NCBI GenBank assembly: GCA_008632985.1
Contig: QPGO01000152.1
Coordinates: 62,001 to 126,000 of the forward strand
Length of the DNA: 64,000 nt
Source of the DNA: Psammoneis japonica
Taxonomy: Eukaryota
Direction of reading: 5' to 3'
Under the pieces are notes generated by a model. It ran no database searches. It was not told the origin of the DNA and was given only the letters and a program-made list of their open reading frames with translations. The translations under genes and the position numbers were made by a program. Positions 1 to 11,700 of this stretch are shown here, piece by piece (the stretch's first letter is position 1; each line of letters starts with the position of its first letter).

Positions 1-1000
1 TACCGTATATGGTTCTAGCAGCTCTAATTCTCTAGTTTCTTGTCGTCGACTAGTTCCTCGCAGCAGAAACCCAGCATTGGCTCCACCCATGTAGAGAGAT
101 AGAAACACAAGAACGCCATTCAACCTGCAGCTCATCCTTCGGCAATCTCTCATGATTTTCTCGCGGTTATGAATGAAGAAAACAAAGAAAAAGGGTATCG
201 ACGAGTGGTTGTAGGAATCGGAGTGACGAGAAGTGACCCGTGGCCAGTCCACTTGTCTCGCTGGCAGGAGTACCAACTACCAACCTCACACGTAGTCCGT
301 TGGCGGGAGCAAGTTTTCAGACATGTTTTTTCGATCGTAGGTTCGAAGGAAACAGTATGGAGTAAAAAAAAGAGTCAGTCTGACTGTTGGATTCTGCTCC
401 TTCTCAATATTAGTATGTCCCGCATGATTGTCATGGGAATAAAATGACACCATAAAAAGCATCACGGTATATTCCATTCGCCAGATTGAAGATCAAGCCA
501 GAAATTCAGTCTCATATTGTCGCGTAACATACACCCCTCTCTGATTTATGCTCCATTCATTTGCTCTACCAGAAGTAAGATTGGTTATTTTACATAATTT
601 ACGTGCAGTACCAGCCGTCTTTCGCCATCAACGGGCTCCTCCGCGGGACGCCATGTTGTGGTTGACTTTTTTCGTTGGCAACCTATTTTTTGCGACGTTG
701 ATGGTCTGATGGTTGTTGCTTGGAGTTGTACCACCCCTGAAGGTAGCATAGTTCATAACGATTTATTCAAAGATTAAGGCTTATTATTCTTCTCATGGAT
801 GCCATTTCCTCAGGTGCTCGCATGATCAGGGGTTGACGGTGGACGGTGGACGGTGGATCGCAGATTATCGCGGATATTTTTCTGCAGAGCTCAATGACGA
901 ACGGCAGCCGCAGAAGCACAGTAACAGCATTATCACCACCACCCTTTAACCAGTACAATAAGAAACAACGGCGCTCTCTATAAGTTACGCTACAGTCAGT

Positions 1001-4000
1001 ATGGAAGGAACACCCGAAGAAGATGCCGCGGCAAAAGCCTTCCGTGCTATATCGTCTCACATAAACGAGTGGGCGTCACCGTTGGTTGGAACTGTTGATT
1101 TAGCTCCACGATACTACGACGACGAAGAAGAAGACTTTATGGAAGAAGAGGAGGACGACGTGATGGATTGGACGAATCGGCTGTCGTCTCCTACTGCAGC
1201 AGCAGCAACGTTTACTCCGCAGAAACGAGGCAACAACGGGACCGAAACGCCCGTCATGAGCAATTCCAGGAAACAACAGCGACAGCCTTCTCCGTTGGAA
1301 TTAGCAGAGACAGTGACCACTCCAGAAGCAGAAACTGATATTGAGCCCGTCGAAGTGGTTGGAGTGCAAACTCCGTGGCAGCATCCACCAGCACTACGAC
1401 CAACAACAGCTACAACAAGAGGCGATGATCACTATGAGTACCGCCGATACCACGATGCACTTCTTACGTACTGTACCGCACGGCGAAATGTCGTAAAGCG
1501 GTTGGAACTACAACAAGAACAAGCCAGCATCATGGTGGATCCTGTGGATGTCACTCTTGTTTCGGATGAGACTCGAGTGGACAGAGACTTTTTACAAGCT
1601 TTGTCGGCAGTGTGTCTCGATTCTTCTGCTGAAAATGACATGCGAGAGGGCAATTTCTGGGCTCTGCTTGTCAAGCTCCGGTCTCTGGGACTGCCGTCGC
1701 TCTTGTTTGCGGACGATACTGCTCATCAAGCTGAGTATCAACAAGAGATTGAAAAGATTACAAGTGAATTGGCTCTGGAAATACACAAGAGTCCGATGGT
1801 GCTACTCGAGGACTTGGAGTACAGGGCGACCATGGTGTTGAGTCGACGAAAACTTATCCTCGAGTGGTTGCAGCAGTGCCAATCCTTTCTCTTGTCTCAA
1901 GTCGCCATGCCCTCCAAGAGTCAATCCACCATGTGGTCTGCGTCCCTGTCACGCTTAGAGCAAGGATCCAAGAAGCTTGCTGAAAAGGTAGACACGCTTC
2001 ACCCGGACGCGCCCCTGTTGGTACGAGAAGCCTGTCAGCCATCCTTCTCAGTCACGCCCATTGACCCCTTGTACGACAATGATGAAAAGGATGATGTTAC
2101 GCTCCTCCGTGCATGTTTCTCTCTGTTGCTTGCAGGTCAATTGGACAAGGCTGTCGAGTTGTGTCGAGCGTGCGGACAGCCCTGGCGTGCCGCCGCTTGG
2201 ACGGGTGGTATCCCTCACGGCGTCCGCTCGACACCCAATCTCAATACTGAAGCCATGGATCGTACCGAACAAGGCAATCTCAACCGTGCTCTGTGGAAAC
2301 GCAACTGTTGGAACTTGTCGGGGATTCTATCCAACAAAATGACGTCAACCGGTTCGTCGGTCCAGTACGAGGCCGTCATTTATGCTCTTCTGAGCGACGA
2401 CACGACCAGTGCTCTGTCGAGTCCGGTTGTGACAACTTGGGAACAACGCATGCAAATCATGTTTGGAGCCGTCTTGGGACGAATCGAAGATTCCTTACTA
2501 TACCGGTGCAACAACAATCGTCGCAAAATCGGAAAACGTTTTCCGTTTCCGGGAACCGAGTACGAAGAGGAAGAAAGGGAACAGTTGCAGCGCAACGCGT
2601 CTCTTGCAAACATGACGGAAGCAAGCATTTGCGCCACTGTGGCATCCTACTCGTCCGAGGCAAACAATGCCTACTTGTCGGCTCAAGCCGCCTTTATCTC
2701 TGGCAAGTCCGCCGTGGCAAACTACCTGGCCAAGGAAGAAATGCAGTTGGACGAAAATACCGACGTGACCAAGTTGCGCTTCCTAACTCACTTGACTATC
2801 TATTTGGATTCTATCGAACACAGCACCAATCACATTGAAGTAGAAGGGCTAGAGCGTGTCAAGAACAAGGTGTTGTTGGAGTATGTTCGCTTTTTGGCTA
2901 CGAGGAGTGACTTGTGGCGCATGCTGGCCCTCTACGCGTCAATGCTGCCAGTTGAAACGCTCTTGGATTGCTATCCAGAGTTTCTCTGTCGTGTCCATGG
3001 CGACGCGGAACGACGAGGCATGCTCAAGGACACGCGACAGTATTTTGAAACGGGGCAAGACTTGGTGATTTTGAAACGGGTCGTTGCCATGCACCTGAGC
3101 AACGACAGTGACGGACCGAGAGCAGCGCCCCTTCGCAAAATCAAGGCAGTCTTGTGGCTGACGCACTATGACGAGCACTTTGGCGATGCTCTTGTTTTTG
3201 CAAACACGCTCTTGCGACAGTTTCTCTTGGAACCGGCCATGATGCAGAGTGCTTTGCTTTTTGTGAGCGAATACTTTCCGGCGAAAGTTGCTCAGACTGT
3301 GGTGGAGCAGATTGCATACAAGCAAGCCAGCACAGAGAAAGCGAAGGACCAGAGTGACCTTGCCGTGTATGAAAATGCAGTCGCCGAGCATGGGGCGCTC
3401 GAGTGTTACTTGCAAGCGTACAACACTTTTGAGAACTGGCAGAATGTCGTTGGCAACACGCCGTTTGGTGCTGCTAACGCAGACCTGCACAACTTTCCGG
3501 GACTCTCGGGTAAGGAACAAGAGATTGCTCGTTCCATGGAGCGTCGAGATGTCATTCGTTGCAAGCGACAGTCCGGACAGGCGGTTGTGCAAGCGGCCGA
3601 ACAAGCACGAGGAAAAATGCTGGAGGTCCTTGAATATGAAGGTGGATTTCTTCAAGTGAATCAAGACCGGATGGACAACGATGACCGCCAGCGATTGGAT
3701 GAATTAGCGTCACTTCGACGTCTTTGTCTTCCACAAGTTGTGTTCTGGCTCCACAAAGTCTGCGATGGCACGGCCGATTGGATGCAAGGTTTTCTCAAGG
3801 ACGGCTTGCCAAAGCTTGGAAAGAGTTCATCGGACGTTGTGTCTGCCTTGGACAGCAATGCCGCCACGGAAGCTTCTCCACTTACGCCCAGCTATTGGCT
3901 CGATCGTTGTTTGGACCTTGCCAATACCGTTGCGTCAGACGAAAGTGGCATTCATGACACCTTTGAAATAGACGACATGAAGAAATTCTTGTCACTCATG

Positions 4001-4048
4001 GCAGAGACTACCGTGAAGCAGTTGCATTACAATACCGTGAAGAAGTAG
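1001..4048 (+). CDS. NUP107: Nucleoporin Nup107/Nup84 family protein
   Basis: 1015-aa intronless ORF; LHPDAP, DDVTLLRACFSLLLAGQLDKAVELCRACGQPWRAA and GNLNRALWK resemble conserved Nup107/Nup84 blocks. Confidence 0.85.
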   Translation: MEGTPEEDAAAKAFRAISSHINEWASPLVGTVDLAPRYYDDEEEDFMEEEEDDVMDWTNRLSSPTAAAATFTPQKRGNNGTETPVMSNSRKQQRQPSPLELAETVTTPEAETDIEPVEVVGVQTPWQHPPALRPTTATTRGDDHYEYRRYHDALLTYCTARRNVVKRLELQQEQASIMVDPVDVTLVSDETRVDRDFLQALSAVCLDSSAENDMREGNFWALLVKLRSLGLPSLLFADDTAHQAEYQQEIEKITSELALEIHKSPMVLLEDLEYRATMVLSRRKLILEWLQQCQSFLLSQVAMPSKSQSTMWSASLSRLEQGSKKLAEKVDTLHPDAPLLVREACQPSFSVTPIDPLYDNDEKDDVTLLRACFSLLLAGQLDKAVELCRACGQPWRAAAWTGGIPHGVRSTPNLNTEAMDRTEQGNLNRALWKRNCWNLSGILSNKMTSTGSSVQYEAVIYALLSDDTTSALSSPVVTTWEQRMQIMFGAVLGRIEDSLLYRCNNNRRKIGKRFPFPGTEYEEEEREQLQRNASLANMTEASICATVASYSSEANNAYLSAQAAFISGKSAVANYLAKEEMQLDENTDVTKLRFLTHLTIYLDSIEHSTNHIEVEGLERVKNKVLLEYVRFLATRSDLWRMLALYASMLPVETLLDCYPEFLCRVHGDAERRGMLKDTRQYFETGQDLVILKRVVAMHLSNDSDGPRAAPLRKIKAVLWLTHYDEHFGDALVFANTLLRQFLLEPAMMQSALLFVSEYFPAKVAQTVVEQIAYKQASTEKAKDQSDLAVYENAVAEHGALECYLQAYNTFENWQNVVGNTPFGAANADLHNFPGLSGKEQEIARSMERRDVIRCKRQSGQAVVQAAEQARGKMLEVLEYEGGFLQVNQDRMDNDDRQRLDELASLRRLCLPQVVFWLHKVCDGTADWMQGFLKDGLPKLGKSSSDVVSALDSNAATEASPLTPSYWLDRCLDLANTVASDESGIHDTFEIDDMKKFLSLMAETTVKQLHYNTVKK

Positions 4049-4329
4049 AGATGGCGTTTCAAGGATTTCGCGTTTATGGCTAGAGCTATAAACTATACTA
4101 GGGACACAGTGCATTTATGCGCTTAATCTTGCGTCTCTTTTATGTTTTGCGTTCCCATCAGCTCTTACCCGCTGTTTGCATCCCTCGCATACAGAATCTC
4201 GCTGTAGTCGCTAGCTTCTTTGCTCTGCATTCTCCCAAAAAAATGACCCCATAGGGCCCTACTTTGTTTCTTGACACGCTTCGTTATCTTCAACCGTAAT
4301 GAAAATTATCATAATGTACGAAGCATTTC

Positions 4330-5427
4330 TCAATTCATGCCAAACACCGCAGAAACGAACATCACAAGGGCGCAAACCCCAGAAAGCTGCATAGTTGACG
4401 CTGCACTCCCTGTCGGCTGTATCGTTTCAATGCTACTTGGCGATGAACTAGGCGACGAGCTAGGCTGGACAGGGGCGCTTGATGGACTCATTGAGGGTTC
4501 AGTGCTTGGAGCAATAGAAAGCGTCGGTGACGACGTGGGAGGAAGGGATTCTTCCCCGCACCCGCAGCGTGCCGCAACGAGTTGTACATTTCGGCAATTG
4601 TCCTCTCTGATAAATCCGCCAAGACCGTATTGGAGGAGACTCGAACAGTTGAAGGTTCCGATTCCTGGCATTCTGAGGGAAGCATCGGGATACCCAGGTA
4701 CAACTCCGTTCACTCCACAGACGTGACAGACAGGATTGTTGCTAGATCTGGCAGTTGGACTCGGCGTCGGTGCAGCAGGAGTTGGGCGGGGCGACGAGCT
4801 ACAACACGCTGTTGAAAGTTCCTGAAACGCTGGACATTGTTCCGGTGGGTTAACATTTGCAGAATATTCCACAAAGGAACAAGCCGCCATTGTCCCACGA
4901 AAGAGAATTTCTCTCTCTGGTTCAGGAAGAAGCTGAGAGCCGCCACAAAGGCGGCATGCTCGTCTGGAGGCATCTGGATTGTCACAGCCACAATATACTC
5001 CGTCAACTGCCTGATATGAAAAGCAGCCATCGCTATTAGGAAGCTCATCATATGCGAATCCAGTAAGTTCCAAACAGTTGTAAGGTGGCGACGACTCGTA
5101 CGTCAGGAACGGTGGCACGCTACCATCCTCGCACATTTGACAAAACTCTCTTGTTTTGGAACAACCGCAGACATTCACACCCAGGAACTTCGCCGAGGAG
5201 CATTCCAAAGCCGTAAATTCGCCTGTTGCTGCAAAGCTTTCATATAGCTCGCACGTGACGTTAACGCCGTCGAGAGCAAAGAGAACTTCGTCGTTCTTTG
5301 TGGGATCGGGCGAATCGCCCGGCAGCGGGCAAATGGTAGTACAGCGTTGTGCCAAAGCAAACGACGCAAGTGTTATCAGCCACAACAGCCGCCTTTTGTT
5401 TCTTTTTATCAAGCCATTAATTGTCAT
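4330..5427 (-). CDS. Secreted/surface cysteine-rich repeat protein, possibly GPI-anchored
   Basis: N-terminal hydrophobic signal (LLWLITLASFALA), four CxxC...C...CGC-like modules, Pro/Ser/Thr linkers, hydrophobic C-terminal tail. Confidence 0.75.
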   Translation of the reverse strand: MTINGLIKRNKRRLLWLITLASFALAQRCTTICPLPGDSPDPTKNDEVLFALDGVNVTCELYESFAATGEFTALECSSAKFLGVNVCGCSKTREFCQMCEDGSVPPFLTYESSPPYNCLELTGFAYDELPNSDGCFSYQAVDGVYCGCDNPDASRRACRLCGGSQLLPEPEREILFRGTMAACSFVEYSANVNPPEQCPAFQELSTACCSSSPRPTPAAPTPSPTARSSNNPVCHVCGVNGVVPGYPDASLRMPGIGTFNCSSLLQYGLGGFIREDNCRNVQLVAARCGCGEESLPPTSSPTLSIAPSTEPSMSPSSAPVQPSSSPSSSPSSIETIQPTGSAASTMQLSGVCALVMFVSAVFGMN

Positions 5428-5742
5428 GGTCTCCCAACGAGTCGACTCTCTTTTTGCTCATGACAAAGGCAGGACAAAGAGCACAAAGAGTCGTTCGTGT
5501 TCAATCTTGGCAAACTGAAAACGTGCCAACGCGACAAAAACTGCCAAAATTTGAAAATTTTAAATCAAAATCGTTTTATTTATTATCTTCACCCATGAGG
5601 GTTTGAATTACTAAAAGATAGGTGTGTGTAGAAATAGTACCAGTAAGAACGTAATTACTGTAACCTGTACGTCATACGTAGCGGACTGTACGACTAACGG
5701 ACAGTGGACAGCGGAACAAAAAGAACAAAAAAAAGTGCGACC

Positions 5743-6675
5743 ATGGCAGCTAATGAAAAAGGAAGAAGTTGTACTTCGTCGGAATGTATTACGGTTTGTG
5801 CCACCTCAGCAACAACACCTAGTAGTACAGACCATGATTGTTCCATCAAGTCATCGTCACAATGCACATCTGTTAATTTATGTTTTGCCGATTCTCCGGC
5901 ACCCATTCCACAAGATTCTCCTCCGTTGAAACGAGGAATCTACAAACTACGGAGATGTATGGCCGAATTCTGTGGCACAGGTCTCTTGCTACTCATTGTA
6001 GTGGGGTCTGGAATCATGGCGGAAGATTTGACAAGCGACGTGGGACTCCAGTTGCTCATCAACTCCTTTGCGACTGGGTGTGGTCTCTACGGATTAATCA
6101 CCATGTTTGGTCCCATCTCGGGAGCTCATTTGAATCCCATCGTTTCGTTCGTAGACACCTTGTACGGCGACATGAAGATCCAGAATCTCGTCACTTATAT
6201 TCTGGCACAAGTCTCGGGTGCCATTGTGGGGACCATCTTGGCCAATGTTCAATTCAAGGAACCCACCGCCATTTCCGACACTGAACGATTTGGATACAAC
6301 CTTTGGATAAGTGAGGTGATTGCTACTTGTACGCTCATTCTCGTCATTCATGGATGCATTCGAACGGGACAAAAGCAAAGCGTTCCGACCGCCGTGAGCG
6401 CCTGGGTCGCTGGTGGTTACTTTTTCACATCCTCCAGTATCTTTGCCAATCCCGCCGTTACCATTGGACGCATCTTTACTCGTACCTTTGCAGGCATCGA
6501 GCCACGCTCCATGGGGGCCTACGTTGGGTTTCAAATTTTGGGAGGACTGCTGGGATTTGCGCTTTGCAAATTCTTTTATCCTCGCCACTTGCAACCCCTT
6601 ACAACGGACGACAACTTGTATCGGCGTGTGTGTTTGTTGGATATGCAAGATTTTGTCAACAAAGCATCGTATTAG
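5743..6675 (+). CDS. MIP/aquaporin family channel, AqpS-like, with Cys/Ser-rich N-terminal extension
   Basis: AEFCGT, SGAHLNPIVS, FFTSSSIFANPAVTIGRIFTRTFAGI; six hydrophobic segments; first ATG at 5743. Confidence 0.9.
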   Translation: MAANEKGRSCTSSECITVCATSATTPSSTDHDCSIKSSSQCTSVNLCFADSPAPIPQDSPPLKRGIYKLRRCMAEFCGTGLLLLIVVGSGIMAEDLTSDVGLQLLINSFATGCGLYGLITMFGPISGAHLNPIVSFVDTLYGDMKIQNLVTYILAQVSGAIVGTILANVQFKEPTAISDTERFGYNLWISEVIATCTLILVIHGCIRTGQKQSVPTAVSAWVAGGYFFTSSSIFANPAVTIGRIFTRTFAGIEPRSMGAYVGFQILGGLLGFALCKFFYPRHLQPLTTDDNLYRRVCLLDMQDFVNKASY

Positions 6676-7177
6676 AAGTGGATCTACGTGTTGTTTCAAT
6701 AGAGGTCATGTGTCTACTTATCTTATTCATTGCCAAAAGTGACAAAAGTACATCATCCGAAGCACGCACAAGAACACATCACCGCCTCCATCCGACCCTG
6801 GTACCTTACTGTACATCGTCCGTTCAGTGTGTCTATGAGCTTTTCTGAAAGAAAATCTAGCTATCTTCATATGGTAGCCATTTCGAAAATAGAACACACA
6901 AGCAAGGAACTTCTTCTCTCGGGGCGTCGCCGGAATTAGGCTTTGACTCTAGAGCCTACTGTGACATCGATCGATCTACTGTAGTGAGTCGTGTCTTGAA
7001 ATGTTGTAAGAGCCATAGCTCATACATAATGGTTAATGTGTTACCGGTACTCGCCAAACAGTACACGAGTTCTTCCAAATTACTGTTCCAGCTTCTATTG
7101 ACTGCAAAGTATCATGGTATTACTAAGCAAAAGGTTGGATGAGTAATCCACCGTTCCTACCAAGTACTCAGAAGGAT

Positions 7178-8017
7178 TCACAGTCCTTTAGCCTTTCGAT
7201 CAGCCAGCCATTGTTCATGATCTAGCTTGAAGGCTCCACCAAGTTGTTCTGGTAGCATGTCAGATGTCAATCCATACTGCGCCAATCGTTCAATGACGTG
7301 CTCAACCGACCCTTGGTGCAGTTTGATACGTTTACGAAGTCGCTCGCCCAAAAAGACCTTGATGATGGGAAAGATGATAGAGAAGAAAGCCGGCATGTGG
7401 CACAAATGAAAGGCAGCAACTCGAACTGGAATACATCCACGGATACTTTGAATGTTCATCTTGTCGAGCTTTGTGTCAGTCTGCGAGAATTTTGCATTTC
7501 GAGGGTCCGCAATAATGACGGCGCCCTTTTTCTGGGCGTCCTCGTCCTCTAGAGCGGCGTGCATTGTGTACCACATGGCTCGAACTGTCTGAACCCTCTC
7601 TTTCTTTTCGCCATAACGAGAGGGATCGGCATAAATTATGGCACGCCCCGCAGGGTCTTTGCCTGGGAGGAGTCGCACAAAACCCAGCTTGAGTGCCTTG
7701 TCTTCTCCCTCGAGGGCACCGCCGAGAGTGAGAGGGAGAAAGGCTTTTTCATCACCAAAAATTTCGACTCTCTTGTCCCAGTATTTCATCAACCGACTTG
7801 CTGCATCATCAGCACGGAACTGTTCACAACGAAGAAACTTAAGCTTGAAGGCGTCGTCCATTGGGACCTCTTTCTCCAGCGCTTGCTTGTAGCACTTTTT
7901 TTCTTCATCCTTGATTTTCTGAATTTCCGCCTCCAGTTCATTCAGCTTCTCTGTCAACAGTTCTGGCGTCTCCACAGGATGAACCTGGCCATACATGTCA
8001 GGGGCGCTGCTCGCCAT
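7178..8017 (-). CDS. CRAL-TRIO/Sec14-like lipid-binding protein
   Basis: LKFLRCEQF...AASRLMKYW, GKDPAGRAII, PVRVAAFHLCH, LPEQLGG; first ATG at 8017. Confidence 0.85.
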   Translation of the reverse strand: MASSAPDMYGQVHPVETPELLTEKLNELEAEIQKIKDEEKKCYKQALEKEVPMDDAFKLKFLRCEQFRADDAASRLMKYWDKRVEIFGDEKAFLPLTLGGALEGEDKALKLGFVRLLPGKDPAGRAIIYADPSRYGEKKERVQTVRAMWYTMHAALEDEDAQKKGAVIIADPRNAKFSQTDTKLDKMNIQSIRGCIPVRVAAFHLCHMPAFFSIIFPIIKVFLGERLRKRIKLHQGSVEHVIERLAQYGLTSDMLPEQLGGAFKLDHEQWLADRKAKGL

Positions 8018-8470
8018 GGTGGGATAAATGATCTTGTGTCTTCGCTTCCAGCGCTCTCTGCTGGCTTCCAGGATACAGTAGACTACTGTAGTTCCAGGCT
8101 TCCAGCTACATGATGATTGATCTGATTGGACTTCCTGACAAGATACACGCAGCGAGAGCACAAAGGGCGTTTGACTGATTCGACCAAAATCGAAGGAACT
8201 CAGTCCCAGTATCAGACGAGTGTAGTTTGTGTGTTCAATATATGTATAAGTTCTTGAGTATTGTTATTCTCAATTTTCGGCAAACTGAGAGCAATCGTGG
8301 CCAATGAGCATGGTTTAGACACTGGAATATATATATATTCATAGACATATGTTCTTTAAATAGAACGGACGTCAAACCAACACGGATTCTCCTGCTCGAT
8401 CCACGCTGATCAGAACACAAATCGTCTCACTTTCTCTGTTGTTGTGATCGATAGAGCAAGTATTGTCACC

Positions 8471-9391
8471 ATGACTGCTTACCTTCTCTTCGATATGCTC
8501 AAGCTCGCCATTATGGCTGTTCTTGTTGCTTCTATTGGCATGGAAATCCCTCTCGCTTTGTTCTGCGTCTTCGTTTTGACGAAGAGCTTGGCCGTCCTTG
8601 TTTTCTTGATTTTCCGACGCGTCGTTTCGAAAATCTCAAAAGTAAAAGCGTTCTTCATGAAGGGTCTATCCATTCGCCTTCCCGTTCTTTCTACTGTTCA
8701 TGCTGTCATCCGAGTTTGGTTTTTGAAAAAGACTAGTGCGAACATTCGCCTTCCCGTCCTTTCTACCATTTATACCGTCATCCGAGGTTGGTTTTTGAAA
8801 GAGAATCTTGCGACCAAGCTCCAACGTGAACGCAAAATCGAAGTATTGAATCGCCACCTCAAGCTCCAGGAGGAACTTCGACAGTATGGCAGCACTTCTC
8901 TTCAAGGAATGGTGAATCGTCTCAAGCTCCAACGTGAACGCAAAATCGAAGTATTGAATCGCCACCTCAAGCTCCAGGAGGAACTACGACAGTATGGCAG
9001 CACTTCTCTTCAAGGAATGGTGAATCGTCTCAAGCTCCAACGTGAACGCAAAATCGAAGTATTGAATCGCCACCTCAAGTTCCAGGAGGAACTTCAACAG
9101 TATGGCAGCACTTCTCTTCAAGGAATGGTGAATCGTCTCAAGCTCCAACGTGAATGCAAAATCGAAGTATTGAATCGCCACCTCAAGCTCCAGGGGGAAC
9201 TACGACAGTATGGCAGCACTTCTCTTCAAGGAATGGCGAATCGTCTCAAGCTCCAACGTGGACTCAGGGAAGTCGCGGCGAAAAAGATTCAGAACGCATT
9301 TCGAAACCACGTTCAGGCAAAGAAAGACGCCAAGGAAATGGAAACCAAAATGCTTGAGCTCGTGCAGAAGATGCAGGCCTTGAAACTGTAA
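8471..9391 (+). CDS. Putative membrane-anchored coiled-coil tandem-repeat protein with C-terminal IQ-like motif
   Basis: Hydrophobic N-terminus, two 24-aa and four 36-aa repeats in frame, AAKKIQNAFRNH IQ-like motif. Confidence 0.6.
   Translation: MTAYLLFDMLKLAIMAVLVASIGMEIPLALFCVFVLTKSLAVLVFLIFRRVVSKISKVKAFFMKGLSIRLPVLSTVHAVIRVWFLKKTSANIRLPVLSTIYTVIRGWFLKENLATKLQRERKIEVLNRHLKLQEELRQYGSTSLQGMVNRLKLQRERKIEVLNRHLKLQEELRQYGSTSLQGMVNRLKLQRERKIEVLNRHLKFQEELQQYGSTSLQGMVNRLKLQRECKIEVLNRHLKLQGELRQYGSTSLQGMANRLKLQRGLREVAAKKIQNAFRNHVQAKKDAKEMETKMLELVQKMQALKL
8815..9260 (+). repeat. Coding tandem repeat, 108-bp unit x4 plus partial
   Basis: caagctccaacgtg recurs at 8815, 8923, 9031, 9139, 9247; units nearly identical. 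Confidence 0.95.
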
Positions 9392-11479
9392 AGATTTAGG
9401 AGAACGTGCGGTCAGCTGGTATCTTCTGGTACCCGACTCGTTGTGGTGGTGCTACTTCTATCTGAGGAAGCAAAAAGCCATCGAGTAGCTGATTTAACAC
9501 GTTGACACTGAAAATTTGCAGGGACGAGGGAGCGAAAGACACCTTCCAGAATTATATGAAACGTTAGAATTATAAATATCATGACAAACGATACGTTCCC
9601 TTTAGAAGCATTTATGTAGTCAAAATCATTCAGATTTACATTGTCATCGTTGTTGGTTTGCTGTAGACGATCATTTGTTGTCCACCTGAACCACAGAAGA
9701 TCAAATGCTACTCCATTGTATCTACAATGGTATTCAAGTAGTGTAGAAACTGCCGCGATAAAAACCTCAATATTAACCGACAGAGTCTATTCTTCTTGGG
9801 TTGCCAGCCGCACCGTCTTCGCCGGCTAACTGCGTGATGGGCTTAGCCAATTCTTGCGCATGGGCCATGGTGAGTGGTTTTAGCACAAGCGCACCTTTTT
9901 AAAACGTATGGTGAGGTGTGTTATACAGCATCTTCGGGAGTTTACCACGTCGTACTTGCTCATGAGAAGCAGGTGTGAACAAGAGCGCAGTGAGCCTTGT
10001 CCAACGTGATGCAGCAACATGCGGTCAATTTAAATTTCAAGGTCTCATCTTGAGATACTGGTACGGAGGTTTCTAGCTTTGTCAGATATGTCATGATTAT
10101 CCACATAAGCGAGTCCAAGATTCCCTCATGAAATTTACATGACGAAAAAACGGTGAGCAGCGAGACGACGGGTCTATCCGATCAGCATTACTCGGTAGCT
10201 ATTGCGAAGTTTCTAAACAATCAATACAAGTGTGTCGCTCGTGAGACACTATCTGGGTTTACTCGATATTAAGTACCACAGCAGAAAGTACATACCTTGT
10301 CTTAGGCCAAGATTGCTATCTCCTGCGTGGCTTCGTTCCTTTAATGGATAGTGGTATTGGCACTGGCTATGATATTCAGTCATGCATGCAGCTGCTGTAA
10401 TGGATTCAGCTCATGAATCTGAATAACTGGAACTATTGTAACTACAAGTGAGATTTTGGAAAACACAGTACTTGAGACATCTTCAAAAGCGCGTTACAGC
10501 GGGAAAAAAAGCAAAAGCACTACTGGACGCCATCCTTACCTTCTCGCAAGCACGCGGCTCTCCGAGATGGAGACGTTGTCTTGGGTGTCGTTGTTTCCGG
10601 AATCAGCCCTCGCACGGTGCTGTTAAAGCTATCATTCGCACCACAGTCTTCTGCTTGGTTGTTGCAACACCATCCGCCGACTTGTTGTTGTGATTGCCAT
10701 CGCTTTCATAATCAGACGACGACGCTGTGCGCAACACGACACTGTTTTGATGCTGCGACGACAGTGAATTATGATGGTGTTGATCGCCACCACCACCTTG
10801 AGCCAACCAACTCTGTTTGGTATCACGATTGATCGTACCGAAACATCAAGATTGAGATTTCGATGAATGTCTTGTGATCTGTTGTTGTTGTTCGTGGGAG
10901 CAATATTACCCGCATGAACCCCGTGTCGAACACTCGACAGTGTAGCTTCATCGTGGTTTGTAGACGGCGTTAACTAGACATCGTGCTCCTCTTGATACGA
11001 ACCATGCTGTTGTTGCTGCTGATGATGATAATGCACATTGCTATTGTTCGACGTTGTCCCATTATTCTTCATGCGTTGCATTCCATAGGATTTGGCAATA
11101 CGTGACAGAGACAATCTTGAACCTTTGAATTTCCTGTTTTCACAAGTAAGACTGACACGAAATCACCTCGCAAGTTCGGTCGGATCCACCGCACTGAAGA
11201 CATGATTTGTATACATGTACTCATTCTACTACACGTCATTGTTGTTTCCCAAGCAATCGAAACCGTTTCACACCGCCATGCAACAGTTTTCCATACGCCA
11301 TGACTCCCGGGGCGGTTTGTTCACTCCGTGACGAGTCTATCCTCTACGGTAAATTCAGTCCGTACAATGAAGGTTTGAATCTCAGTTGGGGGTACTTCGG
11401 TTGGGGCTGCTCAGTCTACTAGTCCTATCACATAGCCAAACATAGCCACATACATTTAGTATGGGATCCCCAATGGTAG

Positions 11480-11700
11480 CATTAGTGTCCGATACCGGCT
11501 GGATAACTCTACCGACCAAAAACCTGCGAAAAATGGATTGGATTTGGGTTTGGAGGCCGCCCACGTTGGAAGTAAACGACGACTCGAGAAGGTCGACATG
11601 GTCCTTCCCAGACAGGTCCTCGTTATTTGGAATAGAATCATCGTTGTCCCTGGCTTGTATGATTTCTGGTTTCGTATCATTCACTTGAACAATATCAAAC
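11480..11700 (-). pseudogene. Fragment resembling NSF-like AAA ATPase region
   Basis: VGGLQTQIQSIFRRFLVGRVI resembles the IGGL..IFRR motif upstream of the NSF D1 domain; no Walker motifs seen. Confidence 0.3.

Noticed and set aside
9400..11400. Short ORFs in the intergenic region (also 169-477)
   Set aside because: No recognisable motifs or consistent gene structure
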